From assembly GCA_037131105.1 (NCBI GenBank), contig JBAXRQ010000001.1, forward strand, positions 194,039 through 258,038: DNA of 64,000 nucleotides, given 5' to 3'. The DNA comes from a bacterium. Lineage in GTDB: Bacteria; Patescibacteriota; UBA1384; CAILIB01. The position numbers and the translations under genes were made by a program. The first letter of the stretch is position 1. Every line of letters begins with the position of its first letter. The notes under the pieces were generated by a model. That model was not told the origin of the DNA. It searched no databases and was given only the letters and a program-made list of their open reading frames with translations. Below, one piece after another: positions 1-10,541 of this stretch.

Positions 1-273
1 TTCAGGGTTAAACTGGACAACATCGCCCAGGCTACCTTGGGGCTAGGCAAGTCCGGTGACGGTCTTAAGGCGGTCAGGCTCTATGCCGAGGGAAAGATGG
101 AAGAACTGCGCTCCTACTGCCTAGATGACGTAAAGATCACCCGGGATATCTTTGATCACGGAAAACAGTACGGCAAGCTCAGATACGGTGATCTGGCCGG
201 GGTGAAAGAGGTCGAAGTGGACTTCTTTCCAGAGGTGAGCAAGGACGCTACACTGAACCTCAGCCTGTTTTAA
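1..273 (+). CDS. RNase H-like (RNase_H_2/YprB-type) domain protein, 3' part only
   Basis: Open frame from window edge; KLDNIAQATLG..K and YCLDDVKIT motifs. Confidence 0.7.
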   Translation, partial: FRVKLDNIAQATLGLGKSGDGLKAVRLYAEGKMEELRSYCLDDVKITRDIFDHGKQYGKLRYGDLAGVKEVEVDFFPEVSKDATLNLSLF

Positions 274-332
274 CATAAAAACGCCGCCACCTAGGTGACG
301 GGCGCTTTCAATTTGTAGTGGAGAGCTTTGGG

Positions 333-791
333 TTAATGCGTCGACAGTGTGGGAGTTGCCTTGGTGCTGACCTCGGGATTTGGGGGCACCCTTACGGTGA
401 CGATAACGTAGTCTTGCCCCTGGTATTTGACGACCTGGGTGTTCTCGCTGGGCGCCGGCCTTTTCTTGGGATTTGACTCCACCAGGTGTATCTTTACCAG
501 GTTGCCGGTCCCGTTAATGGCGATGGGCAGTGTTTTGTGGGCGGCGGCAACACTGTAAGGCACGTCGACCTCCACATAGTTTCGCTCACCTTCCACTTTC
601 ACGACTGGCTGCTGGGCGGCCGAAGTGATTAGTGTGACTGGTTGTACCGGTTTGGCTTTTACGACTTGAGGGGCAGTGCCGCCACGCAACTGGCTGGCGG
701 CAAATGTCAGAATACCCAAAAAGAGGCAAAAGCCTATCTGTGTCTTCTTGCTCATGTTCCTATTCCTTTCTTTTTCTGTTTTTGGCTCCAC
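333..791 (-). CDS. Hypothetical secreted/membrane-anchored protein
   Basis: 152-aa ORF, N-terminal hydrophobic segment; abuts suf operon. Confidence 0.55.
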   Translation of the reverse strand: MEPKTEKERNRNMSKKTQIGFCLFLGILTFAASQLRGGTAPQVVKAKPVQPVTLITSAAQQPVVKVEGERNYVEVDVPYSVAAAHKTLPIAINGTGNLVKIHLVESNPKKRPAPSENTQVVKYQGQDYVIVTVRVPPNPEVSTKATPTLSTH

Positions 792-812
792 TACCGGCTG
801 AGAATAGCGGGA

Positions 813-1190
813 TCAATGAGAACAGTCAACCTGGTAGTGGGCCAGCCGGATCGTCTCCAGTGGCAATAGCGCACATTTGAGCCGTATCGGAGAAAGCGGG
901 ATGCCGATAAGGCCGGTGATTTCTTCAACGGGGGTGGCTTGGATTTCTTTGAGTGACTTCCCGATCCAGGTTTCAGCCAGAAGATCAGCAGATGCGGTGC
1001 AGATAGCGCAGGACCTGCCGCTATGCCTGATTTCAGCGATCTTTCCAGCGTCGAGGCGCATATCAATGTGGATCTCGTCGCCGCAGACGGGATTGGCCCC
1101 GTCTACCCTGATGTCAGCCTGTTTAAGTGTGCCGCCAAAGAGAGGCTGCTTGTAGCGTTCGAAGATCAGTTCCTGGGCGAGGTTAAGCAT
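813..1190 (-). CDS. sufU: Fe-S scaffold SufU/IscU family
   Basis: NPVCGD, SCAICTASA, RLKCALL cysteine motifs; overlaps sufS stop. Confidence 0.9.
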   Translation of the reverse strand: MLNLAQELIFERYKQPLFGGTLKQADIRVDGANPVCGDEIHIDMRLDAGKIAEIRHSGRSCAICTASADLLAETWIGKSLKEIQATPVEEITGLIGIPLSPIRLKCALLPLETIRLAHYQVDCSH

Positions 1191-2388
1191 TCTTGATATC
1201 CTCGATTATCTCTCGTAGTGCGGCTATGAACTTTTTGCAGTCCTCAGCCGTATTGTAGATCCCCAGGCTTGCCCGTACAGTGGCGGGGATTTCCAGCTCC
1301 TTGTGCAGTGGCTCTGCACAATGCTGGCCGGCCCGCACGCAGATGTTTTTCTGGCCCAGGAGATCAGCGATGTCATGCGGGTGGATGCCGTTTACAGAGA
1401 AGCTAATCAGGCCGCTTTCAGGGTCGGGATTGCCAAGAATGGTGACTCCCTCGATGGTTTCCAGGTCAGTGCGGAGCTGAGAAGCGAGCGGTGCGATCTC
1501 CTGGGTGACATTCGCCATACCGATTTCCTGAAGGTAGGTGACCGCAGCAGCCAGCCCGATAGCTCCTTCGATATTTGGCGTCCCGGCTTCGAACTTGGAG
1601 GGGAGGGTGTTCCAGGTGGAGCCTTCCAATGTGACGGTACTGATCATGTCGCCGCCGGTCTGGTAGGGGGGTATAGCCTCGAGCAGGTCTTCCCTCCCCC
1701 AAAGCACGCCTATACCCGATGGGCCGTAAAGCTTATGCCCCGATAAGACTAGGAAGTCGCAGCCCAGCGTCTGCACGTTAAGTGAGATGTGGGGAGCTGA
1801 CTGGCTGGCGTCTACAATAAACCGAATGCCACTCCCCTGCCGGTCCAGCATTTTTCTGACCGCATGTGCATCCAGAAAGCGGCCGAGAACGTTGGAGCAA
1901 TGGCTCAGTGAAACGATACGGGTACGGGGAGAAATGAACTTTTCTAGCTCTGATAAGTCAATATATCCATCTTTTAGTCCCACGAACGTTAGCTTCAGAT
2001 TACGGTGAGAGGCAAGCTGCTGCCAGGGCACCAGGTTGGCGTGGTGCTCGAGGACCGAGAGGATAATCTCATCCCCTTCCCCAAGGTCTTCACCAAGGCT
2101 GCTGGCCAGGAGGTTCAGTCCCTCTGTTGCAGACCTGGTAAAGATTATTTCCTTGGAAGAGCCTGCTCCGATGAAGTCGGCTATAGTCTGATGGGCGGCA
2201 TCATAGGCCTGGTCGGCGGAAACTGCCAGCGGATAGAGGCCCCTGTGCACGGAGGCGTAGTCCTTCCGGTAAAAGGCATCTACAGCCTTAATAACCGCCT
2301 CAGGTTTCTGGGCGGTGGCAGCCGAATCCAGGTAAACCAGATCAGGATGGGTGGCGAAGATGGGAAAGTCAGATCGGTAGGATGACAT
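1183..2388 (-). CDS. sufS: Cysteine desulfurase SufS
   Basis: YLDSAATAQKP, SGHKLYGPSGIG (PLP Lys), RAGQHCA; start set at MSSYRS. Confidence 0.95.
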   Translation of the reverse strand: MSSYRSDFPIFATHPDLVYLDSAATAQKPEAVIKAVDAFYRKDYASVHRGLYPLAVSADQAYDAAHQTIADFIGAGSSKEIIFTRSATEGLNLLASSLGEDLGEGDEIILSVLEHHANLVPWQQLASHRNLKLTFVGLKDGYIDLSELEKFISPRTRIVSLSHCSNVLGRFLDAHAVRKMLDRQGSGIRFIVDASQSAPHISLNVQTLGCDFLVLSGHKLYGPSGIGVLWGREDLLEAIPPYQTGGDMISTVTLEGSTWNTLPSKFEAGTPNIEGAIGLAAAVTYLQEIGMANVTQEIAPLASQLRTDLETIEGVTILGNPDPESGLISFSVNGIHPHDIADLLGQKNICVRAGQHCAEPLHKELEIPATVRASLGIYNTAEDCKKFIAALREIIEDIKNA

Positions 2389-2461
2389 GAGGTCAGTATA
2401 GCAGGTGCGTAAAGGTGGCTCAGGCCGGACTCGTAGGACGAGTCCGGCCTGATGCGACGTG

Positions 2462-2815
2462 TCATGCAGCAATTGACCATATTCTGTTGTTCTCGGGAGG
2501 CTGGGATAGCTCTGCGAAAGACGCTACTTCCGGCTTCTGAGCGGGATGCAATAGTCTGTCGATAGCTTCCTCAATATCCTCAGGTGTACAGGCAGTGTCT
2601 AGGACGGCGCATGGATCATCGAAGTCGGCGACGAAAGCGGCTAGACGCTGAGCGACAGTGCGGTCTCCAGGTGAGGCAGACGTAATGATGATTACGGCAG
2701 TCACCTGGTTGCTTGCAAGCCATTCCATTGCTGGTAAGGTTGCGAGCGGGAAATGCGTAACCGGTTCTTGAAGGGAACCAATGTTAGCGGGCGTACTACC
2801 GATTACAGCAATCAC
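2462..2815 (-). CDS. Hypothetical protein
   Basis: 117-aa ORF, GTG start preceded by AGGAG. Confidence 0.5.
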   Translation of the reverse strand: MIAVIGSTPANIGSLQEPVTHFPLATLPAMEWLASNQVTAVIIITSASPGDRTVAQRLAAFVADFDDPCAVLDTACTPEDIEEAIDRLLHPAQKPEVASFAELSQPPENNRIWSIAA

Positions 2816-2871
2816 TTGTCTCCTCCTTAATCTCTCAATACCACTTCTATATCACGGAATTGTTTCTTTGT

Positions 2872-3456
2872 CTAGTCTACCGGCTGGCTGTAGGAGTTTG
2901 CAAATGCATCGATCAGCATCTTTTCGGCAGTGGCTTCGGAAATTCCGCGGCTCCTGGGATAGAACAGGTCTTCTTCATTGAGAGTACGAACCGTGGCGGC
3001 GTGTGAGCATTTCACCTGGTCGGCCAGTATTTCCAGTGAGGGGAGGGTCCAGCTGTGGCTGCCTTCGCCTAGCAAGAGGGAGTGGTGGGAGAGGTATGAC
3101 TCGCTCCCCTGGGCTGGCTTCTCGATCCGGATCAGGCCTTCGTAATGAGGCTGGGAATTGTCGTAGGCGACAGTTCTGATATCGGTCTCAGCCTGGGTGG
3201 CGGGGGCGTGATGAATGACCTCGGTCCGGAGACGGGGTGCCCACTCCCCCACCGCATTCACAATTCCTGAGAGCAGGAGCCGGGAGTCAGGATGGCGCAG
3301 GTGAAAGACGTAGTGGCGAGAGGAATCGTCCTCAACCTGAAAAATGTAGTGGCTCTCCCCTGCCGGCACCTCGATTTCACAGGTTTCCTCATCTGGATTC
3401 CAATCCAGTTCAGTCGCGGGCAGATCTTTCGAAAATGTGAGGTGATATGTTGCCAT
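2872..3456 (-). CDS. sufD: SufD family protein (short, C-terminal domain)
   Basis: PSLEILADQVKCSHAATV, FYPRSRGI motifs. Confidence 0.85.
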   Translation of the reverse strand: MATYHLTFSKDLPATELDWNPDEETCEIEVPAGESHYIFQVEDDSSRHYVFHLRHPDSRLLLSGIVNAVGEWAPRLRTEVIHHAPATQAETDIRTVAYDNSQPHYEGLIRIEKPAQGSESYLSHHSLLLGEGSHSWTLPSLEILADQVKCSHAATVRTLNEEDLFYPRSRGISEATAEKMLIDAFANSYSQPVD

Positions 3457-3543
3457 TGTTTTTCTTAGAGCGCTGGATGGAGGCTGTCCGGTCGACTTGC
3501 AGGATGGAATCCTGCGGAGAACGGAAGTCTCTGTCCAGTGTGA

Positions 3544-4944
3544 TTACCCGACACTGCCTGACATCTGGAGTTCAATCAAGCGGTTCATCTCCACCGCGTA
3601 CTCCATGGGCAGCTCCTTCACGATGGGTTCGATGAACCCGTTGACGATAAGTCCGGCCGCTTCCGCCTCGGAAAGCCCGCGGGACCTCAGGTAGAAGAGC
3701 TGCTCCTCGCCCAGCCGTGAGACCGTGGCCTCATGCTCGATCTTTACATCCCGCTGGTTGATGTCCATGGTCGGATAGGTGTCGGAGCGGGAGGCCTCGT
3801 CCAGGATCAGGGCATCGCAGGTTACCTTAGAAAAAGCTCCAGTAGCCTTTTTATTTGTTTTTACCAGCCCCCGGTAGGAGGTGCGGCCACCCCCGTGGGA
3901 GACCGATTTTGACGTGATGACCGAGGAGGTATTCGGCGCCAGGTGGACGGCCTTGGCGCCCGCGTCCTGGTGCTGGTTGGGTCCGGCCAAGGCTAATGAC
4001 AATATCTCGGCCCGGGCGCCTTCCCCTATCATAAAGACACTCGGATACTTCATGGTGACCCGGGAACCCAGGTTGCAGTCCACCCATTCCATGGTGGCGT
4101 TTTTGTGGGCGATCGCCCGCTTGGTGACCAGGTTGTAGACATTGTCCGACCAGTTCTGGATGGTACTGTAGCGGACCCGGGCGCCCGGCATGACGATGAC
4201 CTCGACCACAGCTGAGTGCAGGGAGTCGCTAGAATAGGTCGGGGCCGAGCAGCCTTCCACATAGTGCACGTAGGAGCCTTCCTCGGCGATGATTAGGGTC
4301 CGTTCGAACTGGCCGGCGTTCCTGGCATTGATCCGGAAGTAGGCCTGCAGGGGCACGTCGATATGCACCCCCTTGGGGACGTAGACATAGCTGCCGCCGC
4401 TCCAGACCGCGGTATTTAAGGCGGCGAACTTGTTGTCATGGGCGGGGATGACGGTGCCGAAGTGGGTTTTGATGATTTCCTCGTGCTCGCGCAGGGCAGT
4501 ATCGGTGTCCAGAAATACCACACCTTGGTCCTTCCACTTCTGCTGGAGGTTGTGGTAGATGACCTCGCTCTCATACTGGGCGCCCACTCCAGCCAGGAAC
4601 TTCTTCTCAGCCTCGGGCACACCCAGCTTGTCGAAGGTGTTTTTGATGGTATCGGAGACGTCATCCCAGGTACGAGACGGACGATCCTGTGACCTCATGA
4701 AGTAGGTCATCTCGTTGAAGTCGAGTCCGAACAGATCAGCTCCCCAGGTGGGAAGCGGCTTCTCAAGGAAAATCTCGTAGGCCTCCAGGCGCTTTTCCAG
4801 CATCCACAACGGCTCTTTCTTAAAGGCCGAGATAGCCCGCACCGTCTCCTCGGAAAGGCCCTTGGGAGTACGGGTCAGGTATTCCTCCGGGTCGGAGAAG
4901 CCATATGTATAGGGGCTGGCCTTGTAGTCAGTTGGGCTAGCCAT
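3544..4944 (-). CDS. sufB: Fe-S cluster assembly protein SufB
   Basis: GVGAQYESE, GQFERTLII, YVEGCSAP, PMEYAVEMNRLI; start MASPTD overlaps upstream stop. Confidence 0.97.
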   Translation of the reverse strand: MASPTDYKASPYTYGFSDPEEYLTRTPKGLSEETVRAISAFKKEPLWMLEKRLEAYEIFLEKPLPTWGADLFGLDFNEMTYFMRSQDRPSRTWDDVSDTIKNTFDKLGVPEAEKKFLAGVGAQYESEVIYHNLQQKWKDQGVVFLDTDTALREHEEIIKTHFGTVIPAHDNKFAALNTAVWSGGSYVYVPKGVHIDVPLQAYFRINARNAGQFERTLIIAEEGSYVHYVEGCSAPTYSSDSLHSAVVEVIVMPGARVRYSTIQNWSDNVYNLVTKRAIAHKNATMEWVDCNLGSRVTMKYPSVFMIGEGARAEILSLALAGPNQHQDAGAKAVHLAPNTSSVITSKSVSHGGGRTSYRGLVKTNKKATGAFSKVTCDALILDEASRSDTYPTMDINQRDVKIEHEATVSRLGEEQLFYLRSRGLSEAEAAGLIVNGFIEPIVKELPMEYAVEMNRLIELQMSGSVG

Positions 4945-5287
4945 GCAGGCGGGTGAGTTCGAACTCATGTCCCTCAGGGTCACGTAACACCATGCCCTGG
5001 ATGTTAGGATCACGCATGCCGTCCAGTACCAAGGTGGCGCCCAGTGAGATGGCCTTGTCGGCATAATGGCCAAGCTCGATCTCGTTGTACTCAAAGACTG
5101 GCACGGCACCCGATCCTGAGTAGGAGTCGCCGTCTTCTCCCTGCATCAGGGCGATGCGGGTGTCGTCAATCTTGCATTCGAAATAGGTCTCGGTCTTTTT
5201 CTCGAAAGTGCGGCCAAACAGCTTCTGCCAAAAGGCAAGCTCAGCTTCCATGTCGTTAACCTTGAAATACATAGCGCGAATCTTCAT
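4937..5287 (-). CDS. VOC/glyoxalase family protein
   Basis: FWQKLFG and LRDPEGHEFEL motifs; translationally coupled to sufC and sufB. Confidence 0.8.
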   Translation of the reverse strand: MKIRAMYFKVNDMEAELAFWQKLFGRTFEKKTETYFECKIDDTRIALMQGEDGDSYSGSGAVPVFEYNEIELGHYADKAISLGATLVLDGMRDPNIQGMVLRDPEGHEFELTRLHG

Positions 5288-6021
5288 GAGGTCCTCCCGT
5301 ATCCTTCGCGCTCCAGGTCTGTGGCTAGCTCGGGTCCGCCGGTGCGGGTGATCTGGCCGTCCTGTAGCACGAGGATGTTATCTGGTTTGATGTGTTCGAG
5401 AAGCCGCTGGTAATGGGTGATGACCAGGATAGCTCGCTCCTTAGTTCTGAGTGAGTTCACCGCCGCGGCCACTACCTTAATGGCGTCAATATCCAATCCT
5501 GAGTCTATCTCGTCTAGGATGATGCATTTCGGTTGCAATACCAGCATCTGCAACATCTCCATGCGCTTTTTCTCACCGCCTGAAAACCCATCGTTCAGAC
5601 TGCGCTCGGCAAAGCTCGTTGGGATATCCAGGGTCTTCATGTGGGTCCGTAGCAGCCTGATGAAGGGCGCGACGCCGGTGATCTCCTCACCTCGGGATTT
5701 CTCCTGGGCATTGAGGGCTTGGCGAATAAAGTGTGAGACGGAGACTCCGGGAAGGCTGGCCGGATATTGGAAGGCAAGGAAGAGTCCGGCCTGCGCCCGC
5801 TCTTCGGGTTTCATTTCTAAGAGATCCTTTTTGTCTAAGCTAACGGTACCTGATGTGGCGACGTAGGCCGGGTGACCAGCTAGGAGATTGGCAAGAGTGG
5901 ATTTGCCGGAGCCGTTGGGACCCATGAGGGCCGTAACCGTCCCAGCTTTCAGCGAAAAACTCACCCCCTTGAGGATATCGGCTTCCTGGCTCTTGGCATG
6001 GAGATTGGTGACGACAAGCAT
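5284..6021 (-). CDS. sufC: Fe-S assembly ABC ATPase SufC
   Basis: GPNGSGKST, FLAFQYP, FSGGEKKR, LDEIDSGLDID. Confidence 0.97.
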   Translation of the reverse strand: MLVVTNLHAKSQEADILKGVSFSLKAGTVTALMGPNGSGKSTLANLLAGHPAYVATSGTVSLDKKDLLEMKPEERAQAGLFLAFQYPASLPGVSVSHFIRQALNAQEKSRGEEITGVAPFIRLLRTHMKTLDIPTSFAERSLNDGFSGGEKKRMEMLQMLVLQPKCIILDEIDSGLDIDAIKVVAAAVNSLRTKERAILVITHYQRLLEHIKPDNILVLQDGQITRTGGPELATDLEREGYGRTS

Positions 6022-6314
6022 CAGGCGGTCTGGTAAGGAAGTGGAATGGCGGGGGCCTCGTGGGTGACCGGCTCATCATTAACTGCAATGACGTCCTCGA
6101 TCTCGTCGATCTTGATCATCAGCATCTCCTTGAGGCCGTATTCGAGGGTGTAGTTGGCGGCGGCGCAGCCAATGCAGGTGCCTTTGAAGCGCAGCTCTAC
6201 TACCCGGTCAGGAGTAATCCTGACCACCTCGATACTGCCACCGTGCAGGCCCAGCATGGGCTGGACCTCGGCAATAGTCTCCTGAATTTTCTGCTCTAAT
6301 GTGAGGGTGGGCAT
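6021..6314 (-). CDS. NifU C-terminal domain (Nfu-type) protein
   Basis: PMLGLHGGSIE and GTCIGC (CxxC). Confidence 0.85.
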   Translation of the reverse strand: MPTLTLEQKIQETIAEVQPMLGLHGGSIEVVRITPDRVVELRFKGTCIGCAAANYTLEYGLKEMLMIKIDEIEDVIAVNDEPVTHEAPAIPLPYQTA

Positions 6315-6395
6315 GTAAAGGGATACTAGCATAGTTCCCAAGATCTGGCGACCTGATAGACCACCCGCTATACTGAAAAGTGAATAATACACAGT

Positions 6396-7313
6396 ATGCT
6401 CCTGGAAGGCTTTCTTAATGCTCGTCTCCGTGAACTGTCTGGCCCCTTGGCCGGTAGTGTTAGAGCTATCGAGGCCTTGCGTCAGCTGGCTGATCTGAAA
6501 ACAGTGGTTATCAGCTCGACTGATCTACTGTATGACGGTCCGCCTCGACTGAGCCAGTACTTTGGAGTAGAGGACCAGACTCTAAGAACTAAGCAACAAG
6601 TACTACAGATCGCCGCCAGCGTGGCAGCTGGCAGTCGATTGCCCATCTTCTCATCATTCGTGCAGGCTGCCCAGGAGGCAGGCTTACCCATCCGCGAGAT
6701 TGAGACGGACGCAGTGGGGCCGGCGGGCATCACCGGTAAGCTGGACCGTACCTGGTACGTGCTGGGAGACGAGTCAGCCATGCTCGCTGAACGGATAGAG
6801 CTAGGCACCACCAGTCAGGTCATGATGAAGAAGTTGGAGCTGGAAGGGAGCCAGATGTATTTCCTGGCCCAGAAGCAGCCGAAGCGTCTGCTCGGCATTT
6901 TTGCAGTAGAGCCGCGCTTAGTCACAGCCTCGATAGAGGAAGCCCACCGACTCACCGAGATGGGACTTGAGTTGATACTGCTTACTGTCGAAAAGACTCG
7001 GGTGGCAAAGGGAATTTCCCAGCAACTGGGGATCTCACTGGTACACAGCGAGCTCTCAGCTGAAAGCAGTGCTCAGCTCATGCTGTCGCTCCAGGGTGAC
7101 AGTAGGGTGGTGGCCACTGTCATAGGTAGGGAAAAGCTGCGCTATGCGTCGCGCCTGCATCTTCCCGTCTTTCTCTCCAGCGCCAAGGGGGCAGAGGTGC
7201 CGGTGCGAATCCAGCAGTTCTCAGACCTGTCTGATCTGGTGATATACTCCCGAGAGTTACTGGAAGCGGCTCGAAAAAAGCTATTTTGGTGTAAGATAGA
7301 GCCATACGAATAG
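6396..7313 (+). CDS. Degenerate soluble P-type ATPase N/P-domain (HAD-like) protein
   Basis: Aligns by eye with P1B ATPase cytosolic part; DKTGT replaced by SSTDL, TGD by TVE; no TM helices. Confidence 0.65.
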   Translation: MLLEGFLNARLRELSGPLAGSVRAIEALRQLADLKTVVISSTDLLYDGPPRLSQYFGVEDQTLRTKQQVLQIAASVAAGSRLPIFSSFVQAAQEAGLPIREIETDAVGPAGITGKLDRTWYVLGDESAMLAERIELGTTSQVMMKKLELEGSQMYFLAQKQPKRLLGIFAVEPRLVTASIEEAHRLTEMGLELILLTVEKTRVAKGISQQLGISLVHSELSAESSAQLMLSLQGDSRVVATVIGREKLRYASRLHLPVFLSSAKGAEVPVRIQQFSDLSDLVIYSRELLEAARKKLFWCKIEPYE

Positions 7314-7328
7314 AAGATAATCTTCCCT

Positions 7329-8693
7329 ATGTCGCTTACTCTCTCATTTCAGGATCTCTTTGCCTCAGGTGACTTCACCGCAAACGATTTGGCTTGGCTG
7401 GTAGGCGAGTCGCAGCCTTTGTATGAGCGGATACAGGGGGAGATCCGTGAGGGGAAGGTAGGATTCGCAGCTCTCCCCTATCAGTCTGATGAGGAGATTG
7501 GTGCCATTACTGAACTGGCCTTACGGGTACGTAACCAGTTCAAGAACCTGGTAGTTATCGGCATCGGCGGATCGGACTTGGGTGCGCGAGCCGTACAGCG
7601 GGCCTTAAACCATCAGTTTTATAATCTCAAGGCCCAGCCACACCTGTTCTTTGTAGGTGATACTACTGATCCCGTAGCTCTGCAGGAGGTTCTGGACGTT
7701 ACACCTCTTAAAGATACCGCCTTCGTAGTCATCTCTAAATCTGGCAATACTGTCGAGCAGATGAGTACCTTCGTGTATGTCCGTCAGCTGCTGCTGGATG
7801 CATTGGGGGTAGAAGAGACAAAGGAGCATATCATCATATTGACTGACGAGCATACCGGTACTCTGCGGGAGATCGTCAAGCGCGAGGGCTATCGAAGCCT
7901 GGTGATACCCGCTACTGTGGGGGGCCGCTTCTCAGTGCTGACCAGCGTAGGACTCTTTCCATTGGCTGTAGCCGGAGTGGATATCCGGGGGTTACTTGAG
8001 GGCGCCAAGGCCATGGCCGAGCATGATCGGACGCAAACGGGGATGGGAAATCTTCCTCTGATCTATGCCGTTTCCCAGATGCATTCATATCGTTCTGGCC
8101 GGCCTATCTCAGTACTCATGCCCTATGCTTACTCGTTACGTGAGATGGGCTTCTGGTTCCGTCAGCTCTGGGCAGAGAGTCTCGGTAAAAAAGTCGATCT
8201 AGAAGGAACTACTATTCATGTTGGCCCAACCCCAATAGCCGCTGTGGGGCCTACCGACCAGCACTCCCAGGTCCAGTTGTATATGGAGGGACCTGCCGAC
8301 AAGATCTTTACCTTTATTACGGTAGACGAGCCGGCCGTGAACCTGACCCTGCCTGGCGCCTATCCTGATCTTGAAGGAGTAAGCTATCTCAAAGGGCATG
8401 ATTTTGCTGAGATTCTGGCTGCTGAGCAGGCTAGTACCGCCTATGCCTTAGCTCAGGCCGGACGTCCTAGCTGCGTGATCCGTCTACCAAAGCTCGACGC
8501 CCATGCCATCGGAGAGCTGCTCTACTTCTTTGAGCTGGCAGTCACCTATGCCGGAGGCATCTTAAATATCAATCCCTTTGACCAGCCTGGTGTGGAGATC
8601 GGCAAGCAGTATATGTATGGTCTGCTGGGTCGTCCTGGGTTTGAGGATAAGCGGTTTGAACGAAATGACACTTCCCATAGTATTCATTCGTAA
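7329..8693 (+). CDS. pgi: Glucose-6-phosphate isomerase
   Basis: GIGGSDLG, SKSGNTVE, GGRFSVL, QLWAESLGK, NPFDQPGVE. Confidence 0.97.
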   Translation: MSLTLSFQDLFASGDFTANDLAWLVGESQPLYERIQGEIREGKVGFAALPYQSDEEIGAITELALRVRNQFKNLVVIGIGGSDLGARAVQRALNHQFYNLKAQPHLFFVGDTTDPVALQEVLDVTPLKDTAFVVISKSGNTVEQMSTFVYVRQLLLDALGVEETKEHIIILTDEHTGTLREIVKREGYRSLVIPATVGGRFSVLTSVGLFPLAVAGVDIRGLLEGAKAMAEHDRTQTGMGNLPLIYAVSQMHSYRSGRPISVLMPYAYSLREMGFWFRQLWAESLGKKVDLEGTTIHVGPTPIAAVGPTDQHSQVQLYMEGPADKIFTFITVDEPAVNLTLPGAYPDLEGVSYLKGHDFAEILAAEQASTAYALAQAGRPSCVIRLPKLDAHAIGELLYFFELAVTYAGGILNINPFDQPGVEIGKQYMYGLLGRPGFEDKRFERNDTSHSIHS

Positions 8694-8702
8694 TATCAGA
8701 CT

Positions 8703-9053
8703 ATGTTGCTGCTTAGCTGGCTGATCAATGCGCTCGCTCTGATTCTGGTATCAAATTTTGTGCCGGGTTTTGAGGTAAATGGTATCTTTGCTGCCTTGGT
8801 GGCTGCCTTTATCCTGGGACTGGTCAACGCCGTCATCAGGCCGATACTGATCCTACTTACTCTGCCGATAAACTTACTTACCCTGGGTCTGTTCACCTTG
8901 GTGATCAATGCCCTCATGCTTGAGCTGGTAGCGAGCATCGTCAAGGGCTTTACTATCGAGACATTCTGGGCCGCCCTCTGGGGAGCTATCGTGCTGGCTC
9001 TTATCAGCTGGGCCACTAATTATTTTCTGAAGAGCAGTAACTCCGAGCAGTAA
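8703..9053 (+). CDS. Phage-holin-like membrane protein (YvlD/DUF360 family)
   Basis: GLVNAVIRPILILLTLPINLLTLGLF signature, 4 TM. Confidence 0.85.
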   Translation: MLLLSWLINALALILVSNFVPGFEVNGIFAALVAAFILGLVNAVIRPILILLTLPINLLTLGLFTLVINALMLELVASIVKGFTIETFWAALWGAIVLALISWATNYFLKSSNSEQ

Positions 9054-9194
9054 GCGCTGCATGTAGTAGTCTGGGCGGTTTCAATCGGATGAGACGGGCT
9101 GGGTATGTGATACTCAGCTTTGCTCCACCTGACGTAGCTACTCTTCCTGGTGAGTCGTGCAAATGACTACCATGTCAACAGCGATGTAACTTGA

Positions 9195-10540
<1,346 letters not shown>

Positions 10541-10541
<1 letters not shown>

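Noticed and set aside
3544-5109. N-terminally extended SufB (and similar ORF-track extensions of sufS, GT-C, wHTH, ArsR)
   Set aside because: Extensions overlap neighbouring genes; downstream starts fit family lengths
8703-9053. Prophage lysis gene
   Set aside because: YvlD/DUF360 family is commonly chromosomal; sits between pgi and eno with no endolysin
9060-9180. SRP or 6S RNA in the holin-eno gap
   Set aside because: Weak terminal pairing only; conserved SRP domain IV or 6S bubble not identifiable
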